From IMG/VR virus record IMGVR_UViG_3300033153_007660, positions 1,071 through 65,070 of that record: DNA of 64,000 nt. The stretch is one strand, 5' to 3'. The first letter of the stretch is position 1. Each line of letters begins with the position of its first letter. Below, piece by piece: positions 18,001 through 27,121 of the stretch. The DNA comes from a virus. Its lineage: Duplodnaviria > Caudoviricetes. The notes under the pieces were generated by a model. It had not been told where the DNA came from and ran no database searches. It worked only from the letters and a program-made list of their open reading frames with translations. The position numbers were made by a program, and so were the translations under genes.

Positions 18001-18456
18001 GGAGCCAAGCTCAAACTCAAAGTAAATAGGGACAAAGCTATCTAAGATCCTGGGTACTTAGTACCCGTGGAGGTTCGAGTCCTTCCCCCTTGACCATTTT
18101 TGACAAGGGGTGGCGGAATTGGCAGACGCGGGGTCGCTAAAGGATAGCTGTTTAACATCCCGGAAACTAAGAGTCAAATTGTAGCTCCCAGTCTGAGCAT
18201 TGCTGTGGTTCTCGGATCAAATGCAGGATGAATTTTTAGCAGAGACGTCGGTTCAAATCCGACCTGGAGCACAACACTTATGCTCCGGTAGGGTAGCGGA
18301 AACCCGCTGTTACTCAGATCTAAATGACCTGCTTAAACGTCATCGAGAACATGAAGTCGCAGCACTAAGCGATTAACAATCAACCTGGTTATGAACCAGG
18401 ATAAGTTATGAACTTATACTCAGACGGGGCGGGATGGTCAAGAGCCCGCCTCGTCT
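18001..18456 (+). ncRNA. large structured RNA with two circularly permuted tRNA-like domains
   Basis: ORF-free gap; permuted domains at 18046-18135 and 18237-18312; long-range stems; 3' hairpin AGACGGGGCGGG/CCCGCCTCGTCT. Confidence 0.7.
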
Positions 18457-18471
18457 ACAAAGAAGAGACAA

Positions 18472-19020
18472 ATGGGTGACCCAAGAAATCCAGCTAGAGT
18501 AGAAGAGGAGTGGAACCCTCGGCGCCTAGAGATCATAGACCTTGAGATCCAGACCTTCCTAACACCCAAGTGTGCCCTATCAGGTGGATGGGCCTGGCAT
18601 TACATGTCACCCCGTCCACACCGTGAGCTCAAGCTCCTCCATGATCACAAAGACGTTGATCTTTTTATAGAACCATATGCAGCACCTAAAGTCATCTGGG
18701 ACCTGAAAGACGCAGGCTATCGGAAGATCAGCACTATCTATGACAACCCTAGCGGAAACTTTGTACGTTTTCAGAAGCATGAGGAAGACGTCAAGATTCT
18801 GATAGACCTCTTCATCCAAGACGTACTTACTACTACTGTCTTCAATGCTATCAGGATACTAGAACCTCAGACATTGCTCTCTTTCTACAGCCTAAAGAAG
18901 CACACAACAGATGATTGCATAGCAGTACAGGCAGCACGAAAGCTAGTGGCTAAGGGGATCAACCCCATAGGTAGACAGGAGCTGATTGGTGGACAAGAAC
19001 AAGCTAGCGAAGCTGAATGA
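18472..19020 (+). CDS. nucleotidyltransferase-fold protein (putative)
   Basis: LSGGWAW...HKDVDLF (G-G...DxD) with a later IDLF aspartate. Confidence 0.55.
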   Translation: MGDPRNPARVEEEWNPRRLEIIDLEIQTFLTPKCALSGGWAWHYMSPRPHRELKLLHDHKDVDLFIEPYAAPKVIWDLKDAGYRKISTIYDNPSGNFVRFQKHEEDVKILIDLFIQDVLTTTVFNAIRILEPQTLLSFYSLKKHTTDDCIAVQAARKLVAKGINPIGRQELIGGQEQASEAE

Positions 19021-19258
19021 AGTAGGCTATAAGATCAGAGGGACGTGTGCCAATTGTAAATACAGTACATTAAGGTTCGAGAACCGGACCTTTAAACTCT
19101 GGGGCACATGCCTCAAACATCTCTACAAACATGAAAAGCATACTGATACTGACAGAGAGATGTCAGTCAACCACTCAGGAAACTGCGGCGATCATGAGTG
19201 GGACAGTTTTGCTACTAGTCAACTAGGAGACTCTTGGCAACAATTCAGGGAGAAATAA
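18986..19258 (+). CDS. Cys-rich hypothetical protein
   Basis: CANC...C...C; abuts rtcB. Confidence 0.6.
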   Translation: MVDKNKLAKLNEVGYKIRGTCANCKYSTLRFENRTFKLWGTCLKHLYKHEKHTDTDREMSVNHSGNCGDHEWDSFATSQLGDSWQQFREK

Positions 19259-20434
19259 ATGATTGGCGAACTAAAAGCACGCAAGAATGTGCCAGTAAAG
19301 CTATGGATACCAGCACATGAGGTAGAGAGCTCTGCTCTTGACCAGCTAAAGAATGTCGCCGACCTCCCTAATGTCTTCAGTCACGTAGCTGCTATGCCAG
19401 ACGTACATGCTGGAGCAGGAGCTACCATCGGTACTGTCTTTGCTATGGAAGGGGCAATCATACCTGCTGCAGTAGGTGTAGATATCGGCTGTGGAATGGA
19501 AGCAGTACGTACCAACCTGCAGATAAAGAAGCTTCGAACCAAGAGGCTAGAAGAAATCAGAGACACCATCTTGGAGAAGGTTCCAGTTGGCGTAGGAATG
19601 AACCACAAGGAACTCCGCAGAGATCTGCGTCATGACCCAGTGTGGGACGGCTTTGAAAATCTTCACAAAGAAGTCCAAGGCCTCCTGTCTATGGCACAGT
19701 CCCAGCTAGGTACACTAGGTGGAGGGAATCACTTCATCGAGCTTTCAATAGGATCTGATGGAGCTGTGTGGGTAATGCTACACACTGGCTCTCGAGGTAT
19801 CGGAAACAAGATTGCGATACAACACATCAGAGCTGCCAAATCCTTGGAACACAACCAGACAGGTCTCCCAGACAAGGCACTGAGCTCATTCCTAGAAGGA
19901 ACTCCAGAGTTCAACTCCTATGTCCATGACCTTGGCTGGGCACAGCGGTATGCTGCACGTAACAGATCATACATGCTAGAGCTAGTACTAGATGCCATCA
20001 GCGATGTGTTCTCCTCACTCCAGCATGAAGAGCCAATCTCCTGCCATCACAACTTTGCTCAACAGGAGACACACTATGGCAAAGACGTCTGGATAATCCG
20101 CAAGGGAGCTATCGAGGCAAGAGAAGACCAGTGGGGCATCGTCCCAGGAGCTATGGGTGCCAAATCATACATAGTGCAGGGCAAGGGAGACCCAGACTCG
20201 TTCAATAGTGCACCTCATGGTGCAGGACGGAAAATGTCCAGGTCCCAGGCCAAGAAGAGATTTGGATATGATGACCTAAAGAAGTCCATGGGAACGATCG
20301 TTAACAATGCTACACGAAGCACTGTAGACGAGATCATGCATTCTTACAAGGACATAGATACTGTAATAGAATATGCTTCTGATCTAGTTACCCCTGTACA
20401 TGAGCTAGAACAGTTACTAAACATCAAAGGATAG
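19259..20434 (+). CDS. rtcB: RNA ligase RtcB
   Basis: MPDVH, VGVDIGCG, LGTLGGGNHFIE, HTGSRG, CHHN, RKGA, PGAMG, SAPHGAGR, YKDI. Confidence 0.96.
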   Translation: MIGELKARKNVPVKLWIPAHEVESSALDQLKNVADLPNVFSHVAAMPDVHAGAGATIGTVFAMEGAIIPAAVGVDIGCGMEAVRTNLQIKKLRTKRLEEIRDTILEKVPVGVGMNHKELRRDLRHDPVWDGFENLHKEVQGLLSMAQSQLGTLGGGNHFIELSIGSDGAVWVMLHTGSRGIGNKIAIQHIRAAKSLEHNQTGLPDKALSSFLEGTPEFNSYVHDLGWAQRYAARNRSYMLELVLDAISDVFSSLQHEEPISCHHNFAQQETHYGKDVWIIRKGAIEAREDQWGIVPGAMGAKSYIVQGKGDPDSFNSAPHGAGRKMSRSQAKKRFGYDDLKKSMGTIVNNATRSTVDEIMHSYKDIDTVIEYASDLVTPVHELEQLLNIKG

Positions 20435-20504
20435 CACCCATAGCATAATGGCAATGCCCACGACTGATAATCGTGTGATGTTAGTTCAATTCTAGCTGGG
20501 TGCA
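20434..20504 (+). tRNA. tRNA-Ile(GAT)
   Basis: CACGA-CTGATAA-TCGTG. Confidence 0.88.
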
Positions 20505-20507
20505 CAA

Positions 20508-20533
20508 TGGTTCGACTCCAGGTGAGCGCACAA
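20508..20533 (+). pseudogene. tRNA 3' remnant (T arm + acceptor strand)
   Basis: TGG-TTCGACT-CCA-GGTGAGCGCA-CAA with no matching 5' half. Confidence 0.45.
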
Positions 20534-20742
20534 TGACCTACTATAGACAATGCATACTGATCAAGGACAGGACTACTCAGACAGCCTGGATACCAGAGAA
20601 GTATGCCAAGCGTGGTAAGTACATCAAGATAAAGGAAGACGATGGGTGGCTCGTGGTAACAGTAGGGGAGAGAGCAGCCGAAGAGCAGGTTTTCGAAAGG
20701 TCTCAAGACTACAAGAGAACAAGGAAGGCAAGCGACATATGA
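20533..20742 (+). CDS. hypothetical protein
   Basis: AWIPEKYA motif; GGTGAG RBS. Confidence 0.6.
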   Translation: MTYYRQCILIKDRTTQTAWIPEKYAKRGKYIKIKEDDGWLVVTVGERAAEEQVFERSQDYKRTRKASDI

Positions 20743-20996
20743 AACTTCCAACAATAGGAGAACTAGTCAAAGGTGGCAAGTGGGCTGAGTTCCAACGGTT
20801 TGACTACGAAGGCAACCTCTGGTACTCAGTCGATGACTTCGATTTTCCTATCCCTCCCGCCGAGTCCAAGGGTGGGGTCTTCAAGAGGAACGAAAAGGCT
20901 ATCAATCTAATGAGATGGATCCGTAAACACCTAGAGTATCTCGAGGAAGCTATTAAGGAAGCAAGAGAACATGAAAAAGAAGAGGGAAAGAGGTGA
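20739..20996 (+). CDS. hypothetical protein
   Basis: ATGA overlap; LWY...FPIP...MRWIRK. Confidence 0.65.
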   Translation: MKLPTIGELVKGGKWAEFQRFDYEGNLWYSVDDFDFPIPPAESKGGVFKRNEKAINLMRWIRKHLEYLEEAIKEAREHEKEEGKR

Positions 20997-21136
20997 GATC
21001 GACTTACTCGATCTCATAATCGTCGCCCTAATAGTTATTGGTCTAATCTTTGGTATAGGACCATGCGGAACATGCTTCTATGATAATGCTAAGGACGCCC
21101 CAATGATGAGACTAATCGACACGGAGCTAAAGAAAC

Positions 21137-21460
21137 ATGAGCAAGAAGAGCAAAGCAACAGGGAAAGCCAAGCGACTCAAAGAGAAGAGAGCCACGAAAG
21201 CAGCGCAGAAGGCTCTCTACCAGAAGTACGCTGAGATGGGGCAGAATACTAAGTCCAGGCGATCTCGCCAGAGACTGAAGAAGAAGACTGCTCGTATGAC
21301 TGACCATCCTAATGGCAGATGTGGTAATCCTGCTTGCATCAAGTGCTTTGGTGTGAGATTCTCTAGGTTCCTAGAAGAAGGACTCCCAAAGAACATGCCA
21401 CAATGGGTATGGATGAGGTGGAGAGATGAGCACGTCAAAACCGAAACAAGAGTTGGATAA
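21137..21460 (+). CDS. basic Cys-containing hypothetical protein
   Basis: K/R-rich; H...CGNPACIKC. Confidence 0.55.
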   Translation: MSKKSKATGKAKRLKEKRATKAAQKALYQKYAEMGQNTKSRRSRQRLKKKTARMTDHPNGRCGNPACIKCFGVRFSRFLEEGLPKNMPQWVWMRWRDEHVKTETRVG

Positions 21461-21509
21461 GAAGAATACATGGCCATGGTCTCTCTTCCTAGAGACAGGA
21501 CCAAGCAAA

Positions 21510-21599
21510 GGATAGGTAAGCCGAGTGGGTCTATCGGCAGCGGGTTGCTAACCCGTAAGTCATTTAAAGGGCGTGTGGGTTCAAGTCCCACCCTATCCG
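21510..21599 (+). tRNA. tRNA-Ser(GCT)
   Basis: GCGGG-TTGCTAA-CCCGT, long variable arm, G73. Confidence 0.9.
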
Positions 21600-21610
21600 C
21601 AAAGAAAGAG

Positions 21611-21941
21611 TCTCTGGTGATTACACCGAGACAAGGACAGATTAGTCAAAGAAGCCGACAATAAAAGGTTAAGAAAGAGACAAGAAGAAACTTCTTTGAC
21701 TAGAAGAAGCTTACGACTGAACACTCGAAGCCTCGAGCTCATACATGCAACAAGTGTAAGGGGCGGAATGCTGCAGGTGAACTACGTTGCAGTAGTGTTT
21801 ACTATGTAAGCTATAGGGCTTAGAAGTAGGCCCGCGCTGGAAGGAGAGAGTAGAAGACAAGGTGCAGTCGGACCAACCTGTTCTAATGGTCCAAGAATGG
21901 GAAAATTTGCATGTTGACACCCATAGCTTTCATCGGCCAGA
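21611..21941 (+). ncRNA. structured intergenic region upstream of the RT operon (candidate retron ncRNA)
   Basis: 12-bp inverted repeat TAGTCAAAGAAG/CTTCTTTGACTA; AGCTTAC/GTAAGCT-closed multibranch; further hairpins. Confidence 0.4.
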
Positions 21942-21960
21942 AATAGAAAGAGAGATAAAG

Positions 21961-22362
21961 ATGTTCAAGTGTCAAAATAAAGGGTGCCACAGGTTGGTAC
22001 CAAGATATCAACCAGTCAATCGAGTAGTCCTCGAGACTCGCTCCAAGAATTATGTGAACCACATAAAGAAGGGGCGGAATGAAATGACAGTTGAGACTTC
22101 AGGAGAAGAGATTGTTAGAGAGATCGATGTCTGTCCGGAGTGTTACACTAACATTACCGGAGAGCAGCCAGCACGATCAGCTCAACCTGCTCCTCCAGTC
22201 CAAAAGCATCGTCCCCAAAGAAAGATGAGGGATGACAGAGGAACCTGGAGAAACCCAAGGCGAGGCCGTGGCCCAGAGAAAGAAAAGGAAGTCAAAAGAA
22301 AGCCGGTAGTTGAGAAGGTTAACCAACTACAAAGGCCACGGAATGACCAACAAGGTAATTAG
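21961..22362 (+). CDS. Zn-finger protein with basic disordered tail
   Basis: CQNKGC...CPEC; overlaps the RT start. Confidence 0.7.
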   Translation: MFKCQNKGCHRLVPRYQPVNRVVLETRSKNYVNHIKKGRNEMTVETSGEEIVREIDVCPECYTNITGEQPARSAQPAPPVQKHRPQRKMRDDRGTWRNPRRGRGPEKEKEVKRKPVVEKVNQLQRPRNDQQGN

Positions 22363-23245
22363 ACTACTCGAGCAGGAATCAGGGATAGAGACAGACAGAA
22401 TCCGCGAGATCCTCCGTAACCCCACTCCATTCTACAAACGCTACAGAATCAAACAGGGCACGAAGTCCAGGCAAATCGAAGAACCATTCGGGGATCTCAA
22501 AGAGCTCCAGTATGCCATCTTCCCTCACTTGCTAGGCTACCCTCTTCACAAAGCAAGTATGTCTTGTCAAGGAAGAGGAACCAAAGCTAACGCAGAGGTA
22601 CACACAGGAGCAAGGCATGTTCTCCGAGTAGACATCAAGGGCTGCTACCAAGCACTCACGAAAGAAATCCTCGACCGTGCATGGCTAGCTACTCCTGACT
22701 GGAGAATACTATGGGAAGGCGTAGATCTCTGCCTAGTACGACACAAAGGAAAACTAATCCTCCCCACTGGTGCTCCTACTAGCCCGATATTGTGTAACAT
22801 TGCCTTGACTCCCTTGGACCACCAAGTGGATAGGCTAGCAGAACTAGAGGGTTACCGCTATACTAGATACCTAGACGATCTCATCCTGTCCACTACCAAT
22901 CCAAAAAGAAGATGGGACCTAATAGATGAAGTGTCTGATCTCATTGAAGATATGGGGATACAGACAAACAAAAAGAAATGTCGATGGGCACAGAAAGATG
23001 TAGATACCCTCTGTGTGACAGGAGTCACAGTAGGAGAGGTAAACTCAGCCGGCCGGGTCCTAAGAAAGAGACTCAGAGGCAGGCTGAACAATCTAGCAAG
23101 AGCTCAGCTACCACTAGACCAAGTCACCTCTGGATATCTAGCCTACATCAAGTCTATCGACGAGACCGCATACATCAAACTCATGAACTACTACCAGAAG
23201 AGACGTGCATATGTCCCTCCTAAACGAATCAGTCCTCATCCTTAA
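22343..23245 (+). CDS. retron-type reverse transcriptase
   Basis: RQIEEP..LKELQ, NAEVH (region X), DIKGCY, LPTGAPTSPILCN, YTRYLDD, VTG (region Y). Confidence 0.9.
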   Translation: MTNKVIRLLEQESGIETDRIREILRNPTPFYKRYRIKQGTKSRQIEEPFGDLKELQYAIFPHLLGYPLHKASMSCQGRGTKANAEVHTGARHVLRVDIKGCYQALTKEILDRAWLATPDWRILWEGVDLCLVRHKGKLILPTGAPTSPILCNIALTPLDHQVDRLAELEGYRYTRYLDDLILSTTNPKRRWDLIDEVSDLIEDMGIQTNKKKCRWAQKDVDTLCVTGVTVGEVNSAGRVLRKRLRGRLNNLARAQLPLDQVTSGYLAYIKSIDETAYIKLMNYYQKRRAYVPPKRISPHP

Positions 23246-23807
23246 CAAATACCTCCTTGCTATCAAGGTAACAAGAGCACGTGATGCTATTGTTGCTATC
23301 ACTGCAGGAAGAGCTAAGGTCATTGACCAATCCTATTCCCAATATACATGGGATGAATGGGTAGACGTTACCAAAATTATTTTTGAGGATGAGGAAGAGA
23401 CCAAGAAGTATGCAGGTGTCCTCAGATCTCCCTCAATTAAAGTCCTCGTTCCCGAAGTCATAGTAGCTATTGATTGTGAGTTCAATGATCCAGCTATCAG
23501 GACAATCAGGTACTCGAGAAAGAATGTGTATCAAAGAGATGACAATACGTGTCAGTACTGTGGGAACAAGTGTCAGAAGAAATATCTCACACTAGACCAC
23601 GTGATACCAAAGAGTAAGGGTGGAAGAAGCTCATGGAACAACGTCGTAACATGCTGCAATCCCTGTAACTCTAAGAAAAAAGATAGGCTAATCAAGGAGC
23701 TAGGATGGAAATTATTCAAGGAACCCAAGAGACCACGGTGGAAGTCCCACGTGGGGGTACCGTTCAACAAAGCAAAGAAGGAGTACTGGAATCAGTTCCT
23801 AACGTAA
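23211..23807 (+). CDS. HNH endonuclease (McrA-like)
   Basis: VLILN N-terminus, SRKNVYQRD, CQYCG, TLDHVIPKSKGG, WNNVVTCCNPCNSKK. Confidence 0.92.
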   Translation: MSLLNESVLILNKYLLAIKVTRARDAIVAITAGRAKVIDQSYSQYTWDEWVDVTKIIFEDEEETKKYAGVLRSPSIKVLVPEVIVAIDCEFNDPAIRTIRYSRKNVYQRDDNTCQYCGNKCQKKYLTLDHVIPKSKGGRSSWNNVVTCCNPCNSKKKDRLIKELGWKLFKEPKRPRWKSHVGVPFNKAKKEYWNQFLT

Positions 23808-23809
23808 AG

Positions 23810-24112
23810 ATGTCAGAGAACAAGAAACAATCCAGGAGACCTCCATTTAGTGTTGGAGACACTGTCTACTTCACAGCATTCCTCAAAGAGGACCCCGATC
23901 TGTTCTACATCTGCCAGGGAGAAATCACCAAGACTCCAGGCGGAGAGAGAAACAGCTTCAGGGTCAGAGTCAAAGCCATAGGTAATCATGCCATTGGAAA
24001 AGACAAGAGTGAATGTCAGAAGGTCTTAATTGGTCGTGCTATGAATAAAAAGGGTAAGGAGCTTTCAAAGGCCCTTAGCCCATTCATGGTCCCCAAAACC
24101 TGGTTAAAATAG
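23810..24112 (+). CDS. hypothetical protein (KOW/SH3-like start)
   Basis: FSVGDTVYF. Confidence 0.55.
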   Translation: MSENKKQSRRPPFSVGDTVYFTAFLKEDPDLFYICQGEITKTPGGERNSFRVRVKAIGNHAIGKDKSECQKVLIGRAMNKKGKELSKALSPFMVPKTWLK

Positions 24113-24121
24113 GGCGCTCAA

Positions 24122-24496
24122 ATGGCAAAGCTTAGGGAGGTTGATAAGCGACCTAAGCATCAGTTCTCTCCAGGAGACATCGTTTCCTGGAAGAAGGGCC
24201 CTGGTGCGGGTAGAGAGGGACTACTTATCAAGATACGAGAACAGGAGGGAAGACGAGGACTCCATGGATACCAGCGCTGCTGGGTAGTCTTTGCTCCACG
24301 AGAGTTCGAACTGTACCAGGCTGCCAGAAAGTATGTCTCTGGGCTTGAGGAACATGCAGAAGATGAAGTCATAGGTGTTGAGATATCTAACACCCAGATA
24401 GAGTTCCTCAGAAAGTGTCCAGATAACTGGTTAGCCAGCATATCTGCCTCGGAAGTGATGTTGCTAAGATTTTCTTACATCGCTGAAGAGGACTAA
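24122..24496 (+). CDS. hypothetical protein (KOW-like)
   Basis: FSPGDIVSWKKGPGAGREG. Confidence 0.55.
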   Translation: MAKLREVDKRPKHQFSPGDIVSWKKGPGAGREGLLIKIREQEGRRGLHGYQRCWVVFAPREFELYQAARKYVSGLEEHAEDEVIGVEISNTQIEFLRKCPDNWLASISASEVMLLRFSYIAEED

Positions 24497-25033
24497 CATA
24501 TAGGAGATAGAAATGGACCCCAACCTCGAGAAGATCCGCGATGCAAACCTACACCTCGTAAAACGCGGACAGTTAGGTAGCCTCATAATCCAAGCAAAAA
24601 ACTATCTGTCATACATTCTGGGTGACCAGGAGACAAAGCAGGTAGATAAAGAGATGGATGAGTACGTTGCTCATCTACAAGACCTAGCAAAGCAGTACAA
24701 AAAAGATAGAAAGAACAGAAAGAGAAGGAGAGAAGACGATGCCCGCCCAAGACAAATGCAAGAAGAGAAGACGCAACAGCAAGACCAGTAAGGGCTTGAC
24801 CCGAGCACAGCGAGCTCGACAGGCACTGAGAAAAGTCCTTCAGAAGATCAAGCGCTGGGATGTCAACCGACAGAACCAGAACAAGAAGTCCACATGGGAC
24901 AAGGATCAGAAGCCACATCTCCGCTCGAGACACAACTCTTGGGACACCTCCGGCCTCATGCGCCATGTTGATCTCCTCCGTGAGATCATCAAGAGAGGTA
25001 AGACCAAGAAGAAGTAACGAGCCCAGGTAAATA

Positions 25034-25528
25034 GTGTTCAAGAAAATATGGGCTGCTATAAAGAGAGGCTTTGAGTTTATTTTTAACGGGAGCTTTCTGG
25101 ATAGAGGGGGACCAATAACGGCAAACTGGCCACCTCCCCCTCTTCCAGTCCCAGCCACTCGAGAGACCGCTCCTCTCTATACGATGACGATGGGGGTTCA
25201 AACAGTTGAGCCCTATCCCGTCTCAGTACCTGAGGTAAATGTTCCATGGCCATATGATCCAGACCCATCTGGTGACATAATCATCGACACTGGTGGAGAC
25301 ACAAGTCAGGACATTCTTCTAGCAAGATCGCCGGAACCAAACAACTATCTATTAATGTTCAACGACTGGGGCATAAAGATAGAAGAGAATAACCTAATCT
25401 TTGAGTATCAAGGCAGAGAAGCATGCAGGATCATAGCTCCTCCAGGAGAGCCAGTTGAATTTCCACCTGTCTCACCACCGGGAACACCACTGTCCCTTGA
25501 CAGGTTCAATGATCTCGACTTAGAATAG
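25034..25528 (+). CDS. Pro-rich hypothetical protein with RFNDLDLE tail
   Basis: ORF track; AGGT RBS. Confidence 0.6.
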   Translation: MFKKIWAAIKRGFEFIFNGSFLDRGGPITANWPPPPLPVPATRETAPLYTMTMGVQTVEPYPVSVPEVNVPWPYDPDPSGDIIIDTGGDTSQDILLARSPEPNNYLLMFNDWGIKIEENNLIFEYQGREACRIIAPPGEPVEFPPVSPPGTPLSLDRFNDLDLE

Positions 25529-26368
25529 GCAAGAGATGGACAAGAGAAAGTTCATAACGGTCGACAGAGTAGGAACCAGGGTCTACTGGGACTGCCCTGG
25601 CAAATGTGGTGGCTATAAGGACATCCCCGAGAGTATGAATCTTCCACTAACTATCCACTGTAACTGTGGACATACCTACATTGTCCGACATATACTTCCA
25701 ACCTCGCAGTTCATAGCGAGAGTTCTAATAGAGGTGAAAGATGAAACTAAAACATGATGATTCAGATGCTAGCAAAGTCCAGACAATCTTGCTAGATGGA
25801 AAAAGACTAGTAAAATCAGTAGTGAAAGAGCTGGATACAGATGAAGGCTGGATAGACTGCCTTCACATGATCATTCCCAAGACCTCAAAAGATGAACAAG
25901 TCCAGCACTCTAGCGTAGTTGACACTACAAAGAAGGAAATCCCAGCAGCTGCAGGAGAGTGGGAAACAAGGCGGCTTCATGGTAAGGTGGAGGTGATCTG
26001 GAATGACGGAACCACGACCAGAAATGATAGCGTTCCTGAAGAAGGAACGGGAGAAGAGAGCAGGTAGGGAAGATACCCGGCCCAGGATCTATATCGAAGA
26101 GGATGAAGGAGGCATTGATCAGGATGATCGACCTCGAGGAACACCAGGAGAGAATAAGTCGGCTGAAAGAATTGATCTACGAACGGATTGAGGCTGAACT
26201 AGATAGTTGGGTAGTAAATCGTCAGATCATGAGTCAGATTGAGAAGTTAGCTGAAGATAGTGTAGAAAACTTCCTAGCTTCTGGTGGTTGGTTTGATCCT
26301 GAGAAAGAAGACTTTGAGTTCGACGATGACCTGATTGAGGAGAACGAGGACGAGATAGGAGTCGCTTA

Positions 26369-27121
26369 ATGTTCAAGGATCCAAAGCCCAAGAAAAAGTC
26401 ACGCATCATCCATCCAAATCCCAGTAAATCACTCGAGTCTGATGAAGACGAAGACGACGACGATGAAGATGATGCTGTTCCAGCAGAAATTATAGCTAGT
26501 CTACTCAGTAAAGATAATGAGAGACTAGAGAATAGAGGGATCATTGTCGTTGGAACAGAGATTTCTAAGCTTGCTCTAGCTAGAGCTACCAAGAAGCTCC
26601 TGTCTCTTCATTTTGACAAAGACTTTGTCGACGATGTTCAGATCATCATCAATAGTCCTGGTGGCTATACTGATGCTGGCTGGGCCTTTGTAGACCTAAT
26701 GGCATTCGTTCGAATGCCTATCCGCACTATCGCCATGGGAGAAATCTGCTCCATGGCCACCCACATCTTCGTAGCTGGAGACCACAGAATAATGGCACCG
26801 AACTCTTGTGCCATGATCCATCAATTCTCTTGGACCTCAGGCGGAAACTACAGTGACCTGGTAGCAAACCGCAAGTCAGAGGACATGGAATACAAGAAAG
26901 AAATCCGCCACCTCATCAACAACAGTAAGTACTCTACCGAAGCAGAAATCAGGAAGAACGTTCTTCTAGACAAGGACCACTGGCTTACTCCAGAAGAGAT
27001 GGAGAAGCATGGACTATGTGATGAGGTCTACAAGCCTAAGAAGCAAAAGAAAACTCGATCTAGAAAAGTGGCAGCCAAGAAGAAGGTAGCCAAGAAGAGA
27101 ACAAAGAGAAAGCGAAAGTAA
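26369..27121 (+). CDS. clpP: ClpP-like protease subunit
   Basis: IINSPGG, GEICSMA (Ser), MIHQ (His), DHWLTPEE..GLCDEV. Confidence 0.88.
   Translation: MFKDPKPKKKSRIIHPNPSKSLESDEDEDDDDEDDAVPAEIIASLLSKDNERLENRGIIVVGTEISKLALARATKKLLSLHFDKDFVDDVQIIINSPGGYTDAGWAFVDLMAFVRMPIRTIAMGEICSMATHIFVAGDHRIMAPNSCAMIHQFSWTSGGNYSDLVANRKSEDMEYKKEIRHLINNSKYSTEAEIRKNVLLDKDHWLTPEEMEKHGLCDEVYKPKKQKKTRSRKVAAKKKVAKKRTKRKRK

Noticed and set aside
22343-23245. DGR or group II intron RT
   Set aside because: No TR/VR repeat pair or maturase domain was seen; the RT is short and carries retron X/Y motifs.
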